The position numbers were made by a program, and so were the translations under genes. Shown here one piece after another: positions 37,276 to 50,209 of a stretch of DNA of 64,000 nt. The number at the start of each line of letters is the position of its first letter. Position 1 is the first letter of the stretch. The notes beneath the pieces are model-generated. The model was given only the letters and a program-made list of their open reading frames with translations, was not told the origin of the DNA and did no database searches. Source of the DNA: Candidatus Peribacteria bacterium (GTDB lineage: Bacteria; Patescibacteriota; Gracilibacteria; Absconditabacterales; Absconditicoccaceae); NCBI GenBank assembly GCA_031276875.1, contig JAISMG010000028.1, positions 11,465-75,464 on the forward strand, written 5' to 3'.

Positions 37276-39045
37276 CTAGTGAAAAACCGCGGGATTGGCA
37301 AGAAATCTTCTAAACTCCTCAGCAATAGCAGGTAATTCATCTTCACACTTTCTTCCCGTGGCATCAATTCAGATTTTTTCAGCTGTTGCCATAAAAATAT
37401 TGTAATCAGCTTCTTTCTCTTTTCCCCATTTTTGCATTACGACAACACTAGATTTCACCCCAGCTCCATAATACCTAAACGCATCTTGAGGCAAAGAAAT
37501 CACTCCCAACAGTTTGAAATGCTCCAACATCCATTCCCTCACATATTGCAAACTAGAATTAGTCAAAATCCCATCTGGCAAAACTACAGCAATTTTTCCA
37601 TTGGGTTTCAAAAATTGCCAGAACCTTTCGATGAAAAGAATTTCTGTTTTTTGTGCTGGTCTCTCTTTGTTTCCGTTCCTTCCTAATTCAAAATCTCCCA
37701 AATACTCTCTTTCCGTTTTTTTGACTACAGCTCCAAAAGGAGGATTAGCGAAAATATAATCAAAACTTTGTGTTTCAAATCCCCTATTGATATTCTGAAT
37801 ATCAGAAAGGTTTTCTAAAGCATCGCAACAAATCACATTTGTATGTCCATCATCGTGCAAAATCATATTCATTTTGGAAACTCTGGCGATGGCTTCATTG
37901 ATTTCTATCCCATACAGATATTTTTCTGCAAAGGAATGCCAATAATCAAAATTTTGTCTTGAATTTTTATCCGTATGTACTTTATCAGCTTTTTCTCTCA
38001 TTGCATCTAGTGCCTTCAAAAGAAATCCACCACTTCCACACGCTGGGTCTAACACTTTGTCAGTTTTTTCCATATCAGGAGCAAAAAGGCTGACACAAAA
38101 TTTCGTAATCGTATTTGGAGTAAAATATGCTCAGAAATCTCCCTTAAAAAAGTTTCCTAAAAACTTTTGAAAGGCTTCCCCTTTGATATCCAAGTCCGTT
38201 TTATTAAAATTAAATCTTTGTAAATGTTCTACTACGGCAGCTAATTCTAATTTATCCAATTTAATTTCCTCATCAAAAACTTGTTTATCTTTCTGTTTTT
38301 CTTTCGCATAGAGAGCCTTAATCCTTGCTTGAAGTTTATCCGCACTCTCGTTCCTTTTTCTTTGAAATTCATAAGGAGTTCCCGTTTCTTTATCTCCTGT
38401 GGTTTTCTCATCAGCTACTTTGATAAAAATAATTTTTGCTACTTCTCCAAATGCTTCAGCTGGATTTCTTTTTCCTCCTCTCCAAATCGTTTGATGTGCT
38501 TTGGAAAGTGCAGTTTCCAAGGTATCCATTTGTACAGGTTCTAAATCAGTTGTCCCGCCTTTGATAAATGTCCGCTCTTCTGGTTTTCCATATTTGACAG
38601 GAATAGTATAAAATGCATCATCACTCTTATCATCTTTTCATTGTTCAAAAAATCTGGTAGTTTGTCCGGCTATTGCTCCATAATATTTTGCTCCCAATAC
38701 TCTACCATTGCCAATACCTTGTTTGACTGCCTGTTCAAATTCATTGTCTGTAATATTTGCTTTTTTAAATTCTATCACAAAATACACGCTCCCATCGGTA
38801 GTATAAACCACTAAATCAGCAAATTGATTTGGTATCCTTTTCGGCATTTCTACCTCCAAACCAATATATTTGGGTTCATACTGATAGATACTCGTCAACT
38901 TTAGAAACCGTTCCAATCTGACTTGCTCTTCCGGGTCAGAAAGTTTTTCTTTTCTCGTCCCATTTTTCAATTGCTTGTAAATAACCTTATCATTTTCTAT
39001 TGCAATAATTCAGTCAGCAATCGCTTTAGTTTGCAGTTCATTCAT
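37276..39045 (-). CDS. N6-adenine DNA methyltransferase fused to N-terminal HsdR_N-type nuclease
   Basis: PEEQVR..ADLVVY..VIEFK; G(TGA)AYFTP, LDPACGSGGFL, ANPPFG, VLPDGIL. Confidence 0.9.
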
Positions 39046-39399
39046 AGTGAATAAAAAAGAAATAAAAATCTGTATGTTATTCTACATTTGTTCCCCTTGA
39101 TTGCAAGACTTTACTGTCCTAATTTCATCTCTCAGCTCATTACCCTTTTACCTATGTTTCCCCTTGAACTTTCCTCCCAAAAAACTAATCTCTCTTACAG
39201 TCTTATCATACTTTAACGTGCATTTATCTCACTTTCATTCCAACGATGGAAACTCTATCATAATTATACCACACTTCACCTCTCAATATTCAATATTTTT
39301 TAGTGCAATGAAAAGAGGAGCAAATAAGGTATAATTTTTTTCTACAAGCTTTTCTGAAGGCATTTTTATTCAGATTTTTTATTTTTTTCAAAAAACTTT

Positions 39400-40437
39400 A
39401 TGCCATCAAAATATCTTCACCTTCAACAATTCCTCGCCCATTTGAAGGAACCAACCTATAGATACACTCAGCTTTTACAAAGCATTTTTCAACAAAATAT
39501 TGGAAACTTTGCAGCAATGAAGCTACTCCCCAAATTTGTAAGAAAAATGCTCATCCACGAATACTGAGAACACATCCTCAATCTCCAAGTCCTCAAAACC
39601 CAACGTGCAAAACAAATAGAAAAAGTACTTTTTACCACTCCAGAAGGAACCCTTTTGGAAGCTATGCATTTACAGTACAAAAAAAGCTGGTCATCATTTT
39701 GTATCTCTTCACAAGAAGGCTGTGGATACGCTTGCTCATTTTGTGCAACAGGGAAATTGGGTTTTAAAAAAAACTTAACTCCCGACGAAATCACCGACCA
39801 ACTCCTTTATTTCCTTTTGCAAGGGCAACGTATTGATAGTGTTTCGTTTATGGGAATGGGAGAACCATTGGCTAATCCTTTTCTTTTTGAAACTTTAAAA
39901 TTGCTCACTCATCCTCAATTATTCGGATTAAGTCAAAGGAGAATTACCATCTCTACCGTGGGAATTATTCCCACTCTCTATGAACTTACTACGAGCTTTC
40001 CTCAGGTACATTTGACTTTTTCTCTGCATTCTCCCTTTCCTGACCAAAGAAGCGAATTGATGCCGGTTAATCAGATTTTTCCGCTCTATGAAGTCCTGAA
40101 AGCGTTAGATGACCACATTTTGAAAACAGGAAAAAGAGTGTACCTTGCTTATGTGCTTTTGCAAGACGTGAATGATAGTCTACTCCACGCTCAAGAGATA
40201 ATAAAGCTGGTAAAAAGCAGGAAAATACCTTGATTGTATCATTTGGATATTATTCCTTACAACAGCAATGAAGCAGAAGGGAATGCGTATCTTTCGTCAA
40301 ATGCAAAACAGCTACGAGCTTTTGTAAACTGTATCAAAAAAAGCTGACTTTCCATCACGGTGAGAACTCAATTTTGAACGGATATTGCTGCTGGATGTGG
40401 ACAATTGAGAGGGAAGATAGATTTGGATGGTATTTAA
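39400..40437 (+). CDS. Cfr-like radical SAM 23S rRNA methyltransferase
   Basis: CxxxCxxC, MGMGE, CGQL; Cfr-type segments SFCISSQ, KKNLT.DEITDQ.LYF...IDS.SF, PQV.LTFSLHSP, R.QFG.DI. Confidence 0.85.
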
Positions 40438-40551
40438 TTTTTCTGATTTTTCTCTGCTCTTGATAAGCAGATAGAAAAGAATTATAAATATGAATATGTT
40501 GAACATTTAAAATAATGAATTCTTACAAGCAAAACATTTTACAGGGATTAT

Positions 40552-40719
40552 AAAAAAAAGAGGGAAACTGAGTCTCCCGAGACGCTATCTTGCGATAGTA
40601 AAACATTCTTAAAGAATGCGTCTATTTCCATATGAGAAATAGAGTAAGGAAATAGTAGCACGGAGCCACTATTTCAACGGCATTACCCGTCCGCGGAAAT
40701 TTGAGAAATTTCCTGAAAC
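40552..40719 (-). ncRNA. Unassigned structured ncRNA candidate (~170 nt)
   Basis: Back-to-back hairpins between a sigma70 promoter and an intrinsic terminator; no plausible ORF. Confidence 0.65.
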
Positions 40720-40725
40720 GAGGGT

Positions 40726-40754
40726 AGTATACTCAAAAACACAAAAAAAATCAA
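40726..40754 (-). promoter_or_regulatory. Sigma70 promoter for the ncRNA candidate
   Basis: TTGATT-N17-TATACT on the minus strand. Confidence 0.65.
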
Positions 40755-40986
40755 GGCTTAATTAAAATTTAAAATGCACAGTCAAATGATTATAGATTAG
40801 ATGTGATTTATCTTCTAATCAACCACATTATGAGCGTGCATTTTGAATTATAATTTTCTTAAAGAAATAAAACGTTGCATTAGCAGTTAAATTACATAGA
40901 ATATCTATCACAGTGTAAAAATTCCTCAGATTTTTTATGTCTGGTATCACTTTTTTCCAGCATATTTCCATAAAACAAGAGCAACA

Positions 40987-42564
40987 ATGCATGTACCTCA
41001 TATCCTCTTACAAGATGAAACCTTAGCAAAAAAGCTGATTACCAAAGGGTTTTGGGTCTACTTTTTTACATTCTTTATAGCTCCAATTGGGTATCTTCTG
41101 AGAATGTTGGTCTCCAATACCTTAACCGTAGCAGAAGTAGGTATTTTTTATAGTGTACTGGGATTGGTCGGATTGATAGCGACCTATAATGACTTGGGAT
41201 TAACGGAAGCTTTACAATATTTTATCCCCAAATACCGAATTAAAGGCGAAAAAGCTAAAGTAAGACTAACTATCTTTGCTTCCTTTGTGATGCAAATGTT
41301 CACGGGAATACTGATTTTTTGTGGATTGTATTTTGGGGCAGAATGGCTGGCAACCATACATTTTCACGATATAGCAGCAGAAAATATTTTGAAAATTTTA
41401 GCGTTTTATTTTCTGGGATATAATATTATTCAGCTTTGTACAACGATTTTCACGGCATTTCAAGATACGTTTGCACAAGGACTAACGAGTTTTATCCAAC
41501 AGATTTCTAATCTGCTTTTTACCCTTATTTTTTGGGGAACGGCAAGTTTAACACTCACTTCATATGCAATAGTGTGGATTATTGGTGTAGCGATAGGCAT
41601 TGTTGTAGGTGTGGGAATGTTGGTAATAAAATATAGACATATTTTTTCAGCAGAACATAGCGAACCGTCACTCCTTGCTCTCCTAGGAAGAGGGGAAAAC
41701 GCAGATAAATCTGGACTGAATACCTTGAAACAGCATTTCAGTTACGCATTGTGGGTTTTTCTCGTCGCAAACGTGGCAAGTTTACTCGGACAAGTAGACC
41801 AACAAGTCGTAGTAAACGTACTGGGAACGGAAGCCGCAGGATTATTTTCAAATTTCCAAGCATTATTGATGGTATTTATTTTGGTTGTCACTCCCCTCTT
41901 TGGCTTGATGTTTCCTATCACAACCGAACTGATGAGCAAAAAAGATACCAAAAAATTCTGACTCTTACAGCACGTGATGTATACGTATTTTGGAGCATTT
42001 GCATTGATGATTTCAGGATTTTTCGTGGTCTTTGGACAAGAAATCGCCGTGTTCCTCTTTGGGGAAGCATTCAGATTTTCGGGATATATGCTACAATACG
42101 CTGCTCCGTGTTTAATATTTAATTGCTGGGCAACGATTAGCCTCAATATTCTCGCAGGAATGGGAAAAATCAAGCAGAGATTGGGTGTAGTCGCATTGGC
42201 CTTGGGAATAAACGTGATTTTAAATCTGATTTTTTTAATATTATTGGGCAAGGGGTTACTCTTTAGTGCAATGATTTTATCGGTTTCGTGGGGAGTAATG
42301 GCGTTGGGAGCAATGAGAATAATTGGGAAGGAGTATCCTTTTACCTTAGATGGAAGATTTTTGGTGAAAAATATCATCATTATTGGGATATTGTGTGGCG
42401 TGATGTGGCGAGCGAAACGGGATTTCAGCATTTTGGGAAGATGGAAATTTGGAGGAATGTTGTTAGTGTTTTTCGTGGGATATGGAGTTGTATTAGCTGG
42501 TATGAACAGGAAGAAGATTATAATGCTGATGAATGAAGTGAAGAAATTGAAGGAAGAAAGATAG
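40987..42564 (+). CDS. Wzx-like oligosaccharide flippase (MOP family)
   Basis: Many TM helices, DLGL.EAL motif; joined through TGA. Confidence 0.85.
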
Positions 42565-42635
42565 AAAAAAATTTTGACTTGAAAATGAAGAGAAAAAAAT
42601 GAGAATAAAGGTATCTATTTCATTCTCATGATATT

Positions 42636-43778
42636 ATGAAAATTCTCTTTGTTCTAGACCTTTTTAAACCTCACATAGGAGGAATAGAAGTACTCTTTGA
42701 TAATCTTATTGAGAGACTTTTACAGCAAGGACATAGCGTAAAAGTGCTGACTTCTAAATATATGCCAACACTTCCTGCTTATGAAAAAATTTCTGATACC
42801 TATGAAATCTATAGGGTTGGGCATAATAGGTATGATTTTATGATATTTTGTTTATTGCAAGGAATACAATTAGCAAAATGGGCTGATATTATCCATACTA
42901 CAACCTATAATGCTGCTATCCCTGCAAGTATTATTGGGAAAATAAGCAAAAAAAATGTCATTCTCACGGTACACGAAATTTTTGGACAACTACGATATAG
43001 ATTTATGGGACGAAAAGGCTTCTTTTACAAATGTTTTGAAAGTCTGATTTTTCTTTTCCCTTTTGATAAATTTCTTTGTGTATCAAATTATACAAAAAAT
43101 AATCTAAGAATTTACTTTGGTATATCAGATAAAAAGCTGATTACCATATATAATGGTATTGATTATACCTTATGGAAAAGAGAGCAATTTCCTGAAAAAG
43201 AACAAAAAGCTCTGAGAAAAGAATACTGATTGGAACATAACTACCTAGGACTATTTTTTGGGAGACCGGGAATTTCCAAAGGACTTCTTTATTATGTGCA
43301 AGCTTTACCACTCATTATAAAGGAGCTTCCGCATTTTAAAGCAGTACTCATCGTGTCAGAAAGTAAAAATAATAAAGCTGATGATATAAAAGCATTTATC
43401 AAACAACATCATCTCAGTTCTCACGTTATTTGGATACCGGGAGTACCATATACCACATTATGAACCTATATTTTAGCTAGTGATGTTGTCATTGTACCTT
43501 CACTAGTAGAAGGATTTGGATTTTCCGCAGCAGAAACCTGTGCTTTGGGACAACAACTTGTAACCACCAATGCAGCAGCTTTAACGGAAGTCGTAAGTGG
43601 GAAAGTCAATTTTGCAGAACCAGCAGCCCCTACAAGCATCGCAAAATGAGTTCTTAATTTTTACCAAGGTAAGTTTGAAACTATCAGTGAAAGAAGATTT
43701 GAGCGAGAAGAAAACGTAAAAAAGACTATAGAAGTATATGAAACAGTGTTGCACAAAAAGAAAGAAAAAAGTTTGTAA
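42636..43778 (+). CDS. GT4 glycosyltransferase
   Basis: GGIE, IYNGID, PSLVEGFGFSAAE. Confidence 0.9.
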
Positions 43779-43798
43779 TTGGTTAGAAGATAATTATA

Positions 43799-43859
43799 AT
43801 TCCGATATTCTGTCAGTTTATTGGAATACCATTCCGATATTCTGTCAGTTTTCTGGAAT
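43799..43859. repeat. 32-bp-period tandem duplication upstream of the AAA ATPase
   Basis: attccgatattctgtcagttt(a/t)(t/c)tggaat twice. Confidence 0.8.
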
Positions 43860-43886
43860 GTTTCTACTTTATTCTCTACAACATTG

Positions 43887-45083
43887 ATGATGAAAACAAG
43901 AAAAATCTTCAAAAAGCTAGTACAAGAACTAGAAAACAATAAAATTCTCTTATTGGTCTGACCTAGACAAGTAGGGAAAACAACCCTATTGAAACAACTT
44001 CAACACGAAATAAAAGAAAAAAAAAGTTATTTTTTGACTGCAGAGGATAGAGAAATCAAAAAGCTCTTAGATAACCATCCTTATAATCTCTTTGATATTA
44101 CAAATAGTGATAGAACCCATCAGCAAGTTATCTTCATAGATGAAATACAATATCTGGAACATCCTTCAAATTTCTTAAAACTTATCTATGATATGTTTCA
44201 CGAAAATATCAAACTTGTAGTGTCTGGTAGTAGTAGTTTTTATATTGACCAGAAATTTAAAGATAGCCTAATGGGAAGGAAAGAAATGTATGAAATGTTC
44301 ACCCTTGATTTTGAGGAATTTCTAGACTTTAAAGATGAAATGGAAATCAAAAATCTGCTTTTTGAACAAAGGAAAATGCCTCTCCTCACCGCTCAAAGAC
44401 AAAAAGTGTCAGCTCTATTTTTAGAATATATTACCTATGGAGGATATCCTGAAGTCGTGATGTGAAACAACAAAGAGCAAAAAATCGAAATATTACAATC
44501 GTTAGCGTCTGATTATATTAAAAAAGATATTTTTGATGCAAATATTGCTGGAATAGATAAGTTTTTTGGATTACTCAAAATCTTAGCAAGTCAGATTTGA
44601 GAACTGGTAAATGCAAATGAATTATCTAGTACCTTACAAATTGATGCAAAAACTATTGAAAGATACCTCTATATTATGAGAAAAAGCTATACTATAGCTC
44701 TCATCAAACCCTTTCGAACAAATACAAGAGCAGAAATCATTAAAATGCCAAAAGTCTATTTTTTCGACTTAGGATTGAGAAATGTAGTATTAAATAACTT
44801 TGAAAACATTAGTGAAAGATTGGATAAAGGACAAGTATTTGAAAATATTGTTTGGAGAGAATTTGCATTTAAGTACAATATGTTTGATGAAATCAAGTAT
44901 CGAAGAACTCAACAGCAAAATGAAATTGATTTTATTATTCAAGAGAAAAATGCTTATGAAGCAAAATTTAGTAAGGAACTCATCAGAGAAAGTAAATATA
45001 AACTTTTTAGAGAAAAATATCCGAACATTCCTTTAGAGTTTATTACCTTTGATGAAGTGATTGAAAAAATAGCGATGAAATAG
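43887..45083 (+). CDS. AAA_14/DUF4143-type ATP-binding protein
   Basis: G(TGA)PRQVGKT, FIDEIQ, SGSSS, GGYPE, KVYFFDLGLRN, EIDF. Confidence 0.9.
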
Positions 45084-45112
45084 ATGGTTTTATTCTTTTA
45101 CTAGTAAATAGT

Positions 45113-46255
45113 ATGAAAATTGCAATGATTATTGATGGACGAGAACCTATTTTTGGAGGAGGACAAGTTCACGTCAAATATCTCTCTGAAGGATTAGTAA
45201 CTCATTATAACTGCCGTGTTGATGTATTTGTGAGGAAACTCAAAGATGATACTGGGAAAAAATATACCCAAGACGAAACCAAATTCGATGGGAAATGGAG
45301 ACTATTTAGAATAGGACCTCCAACAAAATTTTTTAATGTTGTAGGAAGAATGCTTGCTTTAATAGCTACTACTCGATATTTACTTTACAAAACTGTAAAA
45401 GAACGTTATGATATTATTCACGCTCACGCTTATGTAAGTGGATTACCTGCAAAAATTGTTGGACTTCTAACTCATACACCTGTCATATATACTGTAAATG
45501 GTACTATGTGACTAGATGCACATAAAACTGGAGTATTAGCAAAAATAGAAAAGCGACTCGTTTGTGGAATAAAATACAATTTGGAGATTTCTGTTTCTCA
45601 TAAAATCTTTGATTATGTAAATAAAAATAAAAATATAAAAATTATTTATAATGGTGTTGATATAGTACAATATGATAATATATATATAAATAAAAAATAC
45701 TCTTGAATACCATTTATTTATGTAGGAAGATTTGGCTGGCAAAAAGGAATAGAATATTTAATTGAAGCAGTACATCTAATAGACAAGGAACTTTTGGATA
45801 AAAATGGATTTGTGATACATATGGTTGGAGATGGAGAATTAAAAGATAAATATATAACTCTCATTAAAAAGTATCATCTGGAAAAATATTTTATTTTTAA
45901 AGGAAAACTTTTTTGAGAAAACTTAATAAAAGAATACAAAAAAAATCAGATTTTTATACTTCCTTCTCTAGCAGAAGGACAACCTTTAACCCTTTTAGAA
46001 GCCTTTGCCAGTAAACTACCAGTATTAGTTACGGATGTAGGTGATAATAAGTATTTTGTAAAAAAAGAAGAAAACTGATGGATTATCTCAGCAGGAAATG
46101 AAAAAGTTTTAGCAAATCAAATCGAAAAAGTCTTGAAAAAGAATAGTATATCTTTAAAAGAAATAGGAGAAAAAAATTATATATTAGCACAAGAACATAG
46201 TCGAGATAGTGTAGTTAAAAAAACCTATAACGAATATGTATTACTCACAAAATAG
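45113..46255 (+). CDS. GT4 glycosyltransferase
   Basis: GGGQVH, IIHAH, VGRF..QKG, PSLAEGQPLTLLEA. Confidence 0.9.
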
Positions 46256-46286
46256 TTTTTAATTTTTGAAGAACATCAAAAAAAAC

Positions 46287-46829
46287 ATGAAGGAAAATAT
46301 GAAAGTAAATTTGGATTGTGGATACAAAATCCTTAAAGGATACGTCAATGTAGACTGTATTGCAAATGAAGGTATAGATAAAATAATGGATTTAGACCAA
46401 TATCCATGGGATTTTGAAGATAATTCAGTAGATGAAATATATTGTGATAATATCTTGGAACACTTAGATTTTGCAAAATCAACAAAAGAAGTCCATAGAA
46501 TTTAAAAAAAAAGAGGAAAAGCTATTATTAAAGTTCCCTATTTCTCAAATCCTGGAGCATTTTTTGCAGATCATCAACATTTTTATAACTTTGATAGTTA
46601 TAATAAATATTGTAAAAATATGAGTTCTGGTATCGATATTTCTGAACCGTTCTTTGAACTAGAGTCAAGGAAAATTACTTTTTTATATGAATACAAAAAA
46701 GGAATAATAAAAGTAGTCCTATTTATTTTTTATCTTTTACCAACATTGCTATATCATTTAAATCCATATATATATCTAAGTTATATCTTTCCATGATCAG
46801 AAATTCATTTTATATTGAAAAAAAATTAA
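46287..46829 (+). pseudogene. Class I SAM methyltransferase with in-frame TAA at 46503
   Basis: KVNLDCG..GYVNVD..LEHL..EVHRI*KK.GKAIIKVPYF; frame continues after the stop. Confidence 0.7.
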
Positions 46830-46885
46830 ATTATACCAATTATAAAATGAAAACATTGATAATAACAATACATACTGGGAAAGAA

Positions 46886-47971
46886 CTAGATAAATAATGT
46901 CATAATCTTCCCATATATGAAGAAAACTTTATTCATTAGTGTTAAACCTACTATCATAATTTTTGGAAGCGGATTAAAATATACATTATCTGATAACTTC
47001 CATACTAGTTTAGCAATAAATTCTCTGTCAGATAAACACGAATTCATACGAACAATTTTTATTGTTGATTGGATATTTTTTTTATGTTGTAGTATCCAAA
47101 ACCACGCTTTTCATTTCGCTTTCAATCTTCATAAAGAGTTTATAAGGAACAAATGAGCTATTTCCTTTATTAAAAACAGAGGAAATAGTAATATCTTACT
47201 TCGGATACCAAAAAAAACGATAAAATTAATTATTTGATTTTTATTTCCGTGAAAAAGTTTCAAATTTGAAGGTTTCTTCCCAAAGCTTCCTGAACCATAA
47301 TGGTAAACTATGCTCTTAACACACATTCATAAATTATACCCCATTTTTAAAATCCTCCAACTAAGAAATACATCTTCAGCATAGGCAAAATAATAATCTG
47401 CAAAAGGAATATCAATTACCTTCCTTCTATACATAATACAGCATCATGATAAGCCATTTACATCTAATACTCATTTTTCCAATTCTATATTGCTTATGAA
47501 ATTTATCACTGTTTCTCAGAAAATAGATAGCATAAATTTTTTCTTCTCTTCAAAAATTTGTGTTAGTATTTCTTGTTCATATCCCTTATCTAGTATTAAA
47601 CTTCCTACTGCTCATAAAGTTTCATCTCATTCTATCACTTTGACTAATTCTTCCAATCGTTTTTTCTCAACCGTTGTATCATTATTAAGTAGGCAGACAT
47701 ATTTACTTTTTTCATCTGCAAGTTGGTGTCCAATATTATTCCCATTAGCAAATCCCTCATTTCTCTCATTCCTAATAATTCTGATTATTCAGCTTTTTAT
47801 TTCTTTTACAAATATTTGTTCTACCTCTTCTACAGACCCATCTGATGAAGCATTATCAATAAAAAGGATTTCAAAATGCTGATAGCTTTGAGTTAAGATG
47901 GAATTAATACAGGCTTGATTAAATTTCTTCCCATTATAATTGAGAAGAAGAATAGAAACTTGTGGATGCAT
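46886..47971 (-). CDS. GT2 glycosyltransferase
   Basis: LLNYNG, IDNASSDGS, GFANGNN, LLNNDT, YAEDVFLS. Confidence 0.88.
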
Positions 47972-48007
47972 TATATACAATTCTAATTAAATAGTAAATC
48001 TCATACT

Positions 48008-48238
48008 CTAATATTCTTTATAATGATATCACCTAGGTGGAATAAATTCTAAATTATAATTTTTTAGTATTTCTTCTTTATTCCACTCCCGCCACTGTGA
48101 ACTTAAAAGTTCTTTTATAACTTTATCATAAAAAGGAATTTTCCCTTTACAAAACAAATATTTTATTATATTCTGTATGATTTGGGGTAATATTACTCGG
48201 AATTTATAAATCAATATATATATTTTCTTTATAGTTCA
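48008..48238 (-). pseudogene. C-terminal gene remnant in the glycan locus
   Basis: Short open frame lacking a proper 5' part between two GT2 genes. Confidence 0.3.
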
Positions 48239-48428
48239 TGATTATGTAGTAACCTTAAATAAAAAAAATTTATCTTATTATATAACTCTACAAATACTTT
48301 TAGATTTTAGTATGCTATTTTAGAATTACCTTACTTATCATGATAATGGTACATAAAATTTAAAAGTTTTTCAATAGAATTGAAAGAAATATACTATTTT
48401 TAAAAGTTTTTTCAATACAAACTTCTAA

Positions 48429-49349
48429 CTATCTTTTTTTCACTAAACATTTAAGAATTCAATATATATATCATAAACCTCTCGCACTCATCACCATTGG
48501 AACATATACCAAATGACTAAGATATTTTTCTTTGACTGTCCTTTGCAATGTTTTAAACAAAATTAAAAGAAACACTACTCCAACAATCAATAGAGGTATC
48601 AACCACCATATTCCTTTCCAAATACACCACATACCAACTGCTATGCATAAGAGAAAAAAAGCTAAAATCCAAACTATGTATTTTTTACTATATTCCTTAA
48701 TTTGTCCACTTTCTATCAATCCTTTACCTACTCGAATAGAATGTTTAAATGCTTCTGTCAATTTTTCTGGATTATTATGATAACAAATTGCTTGTTCAAG
48801 AGATAATGCTCATTTTCCCCCGTTAAGGGTACTCAAATCGTCATCAAAGTATCCTTTTGTCCAGTCAAAACCTCATCATTCCAAAAAGGCTTGTTTAAGT
48901 ACCATACGATATACATTACTTCTTGGAATAGTTGGATTGTATTTTCATCTGATAATGCCTCGTGCTCTCGCTATGGGATGTTCTAAATTCCCTACTAATT
49001 CTGTTCCGTGACTTGTTCAGATTTCTTTTCATTCTTGGATAGGTTGTATTAAATATGCAAGATACTGTTTATCAAAAAACATATCTGCATCAACAAAAAC
49101 CAAAATTTCTCCCTTTGCCTTTTGTGCTCCTAGATTTCTTGCCTTTCCTGGTCATCAATGTTTTTGATGAAGAATAGTCAAAGAAAAACTGTCCTTGAAA
49201 GTTTCAGCAATCTTTACAGTATTATCAGTACTCCCATCATCAATCAGGATAACTTCAAAATCTTGAAAAGTTTGATGGGTGAGACTTTTGAGGCAACGAG
49301 CAATATAACGTTCTTCGTTATACATAGGAATAATGATAGAAACTTGCAT
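48429..49349 (-). CDS. GT2 glycosyltransferase with C-terminal TM helices
   Basis: [29 protein letters not shown]. Confidence 0.9.
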
Positions 49350-49360
49350 TATGAATAAAC

Positions 49361-50182
49361 TTAAATAGTAAAGAAGTAATCATGACCATTTCCTAACTTT
49401 GTTATAGTAATATGAGAGTCTTTTAAAATTTTTATTATTTCATTATAATTTTGGGGTAATATCTCCACAATAACTTTAAAAAGATATTTTCTCTTATGTT
49501 CAAAGGCAAAATCTAATAAAGAGGTAAGTATTTCTTTTTCAAATCATTCTACATCAATTTTTAATAAATAAGTTATATATATATAAAGTTTACTTTCCAA
49601 AAAGAAATCTTTGAATGATAAAATTTTGACTTTTATTTCCATTGTTTGTTTAGCATCACCTAATGCTGATTTTTCTTTACATAATGTGCCACATGGACTC
49701 ATAACATCGGATGTAATGAGCATTGTTGTAGTTTTAGTATAATCACCTATCCCATAATCCAATATTTCTATTTTTTCCCTAATCGTATGAGGGATAAAAT
49801 GTTTCATAAAATTAGTACACATAGGATTTGCATCAAGTGCAAAAATTTTTTGAAATGTTCCATATGTACTTGCTAAACTAGAAATCCTTCCTATATTCGC
49901 TCCAATATCTATAAACACTTGTGAAGTATCTTTAAAAATAGTATCTAAAAAGCTATAATCTTCATAAATTTCTAAAAAACTATTTAGTTGAAAAAAATAA
50001 TGTATTTTCTTCTTTTTCATTGTACAAGAATACAAAACTTTTTTATAATAAAATTTTGCTACTTTATCATAAGAAAAAAATGTTCTTATAAGAAAAAAAT
50101 AACAAATATTGATAATGATTTTTATTTTATCAATAAGAGTTTCTTGTTTAATATTTTCCCAAATTTGCTTAACAGTTTCCAT
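49361..50182 (-). CDS. FkbM family methyltransferase
   Basis: [16 protein letters not shown](TGA)FE. Confidence 0.88.
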
Positions 50183-50209
50183 ATGATAATATAGTAAAGA
50201 ATAAAAAAA

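Noticed and set aside
39308-39334. Leader peptide MKRGANKV for cfr attenuation
   Set aside because: It overlaps the likely -10 box (TATAAT at 39330), so it probably lies upstream of the transcription start; no attenuator hairpin seen
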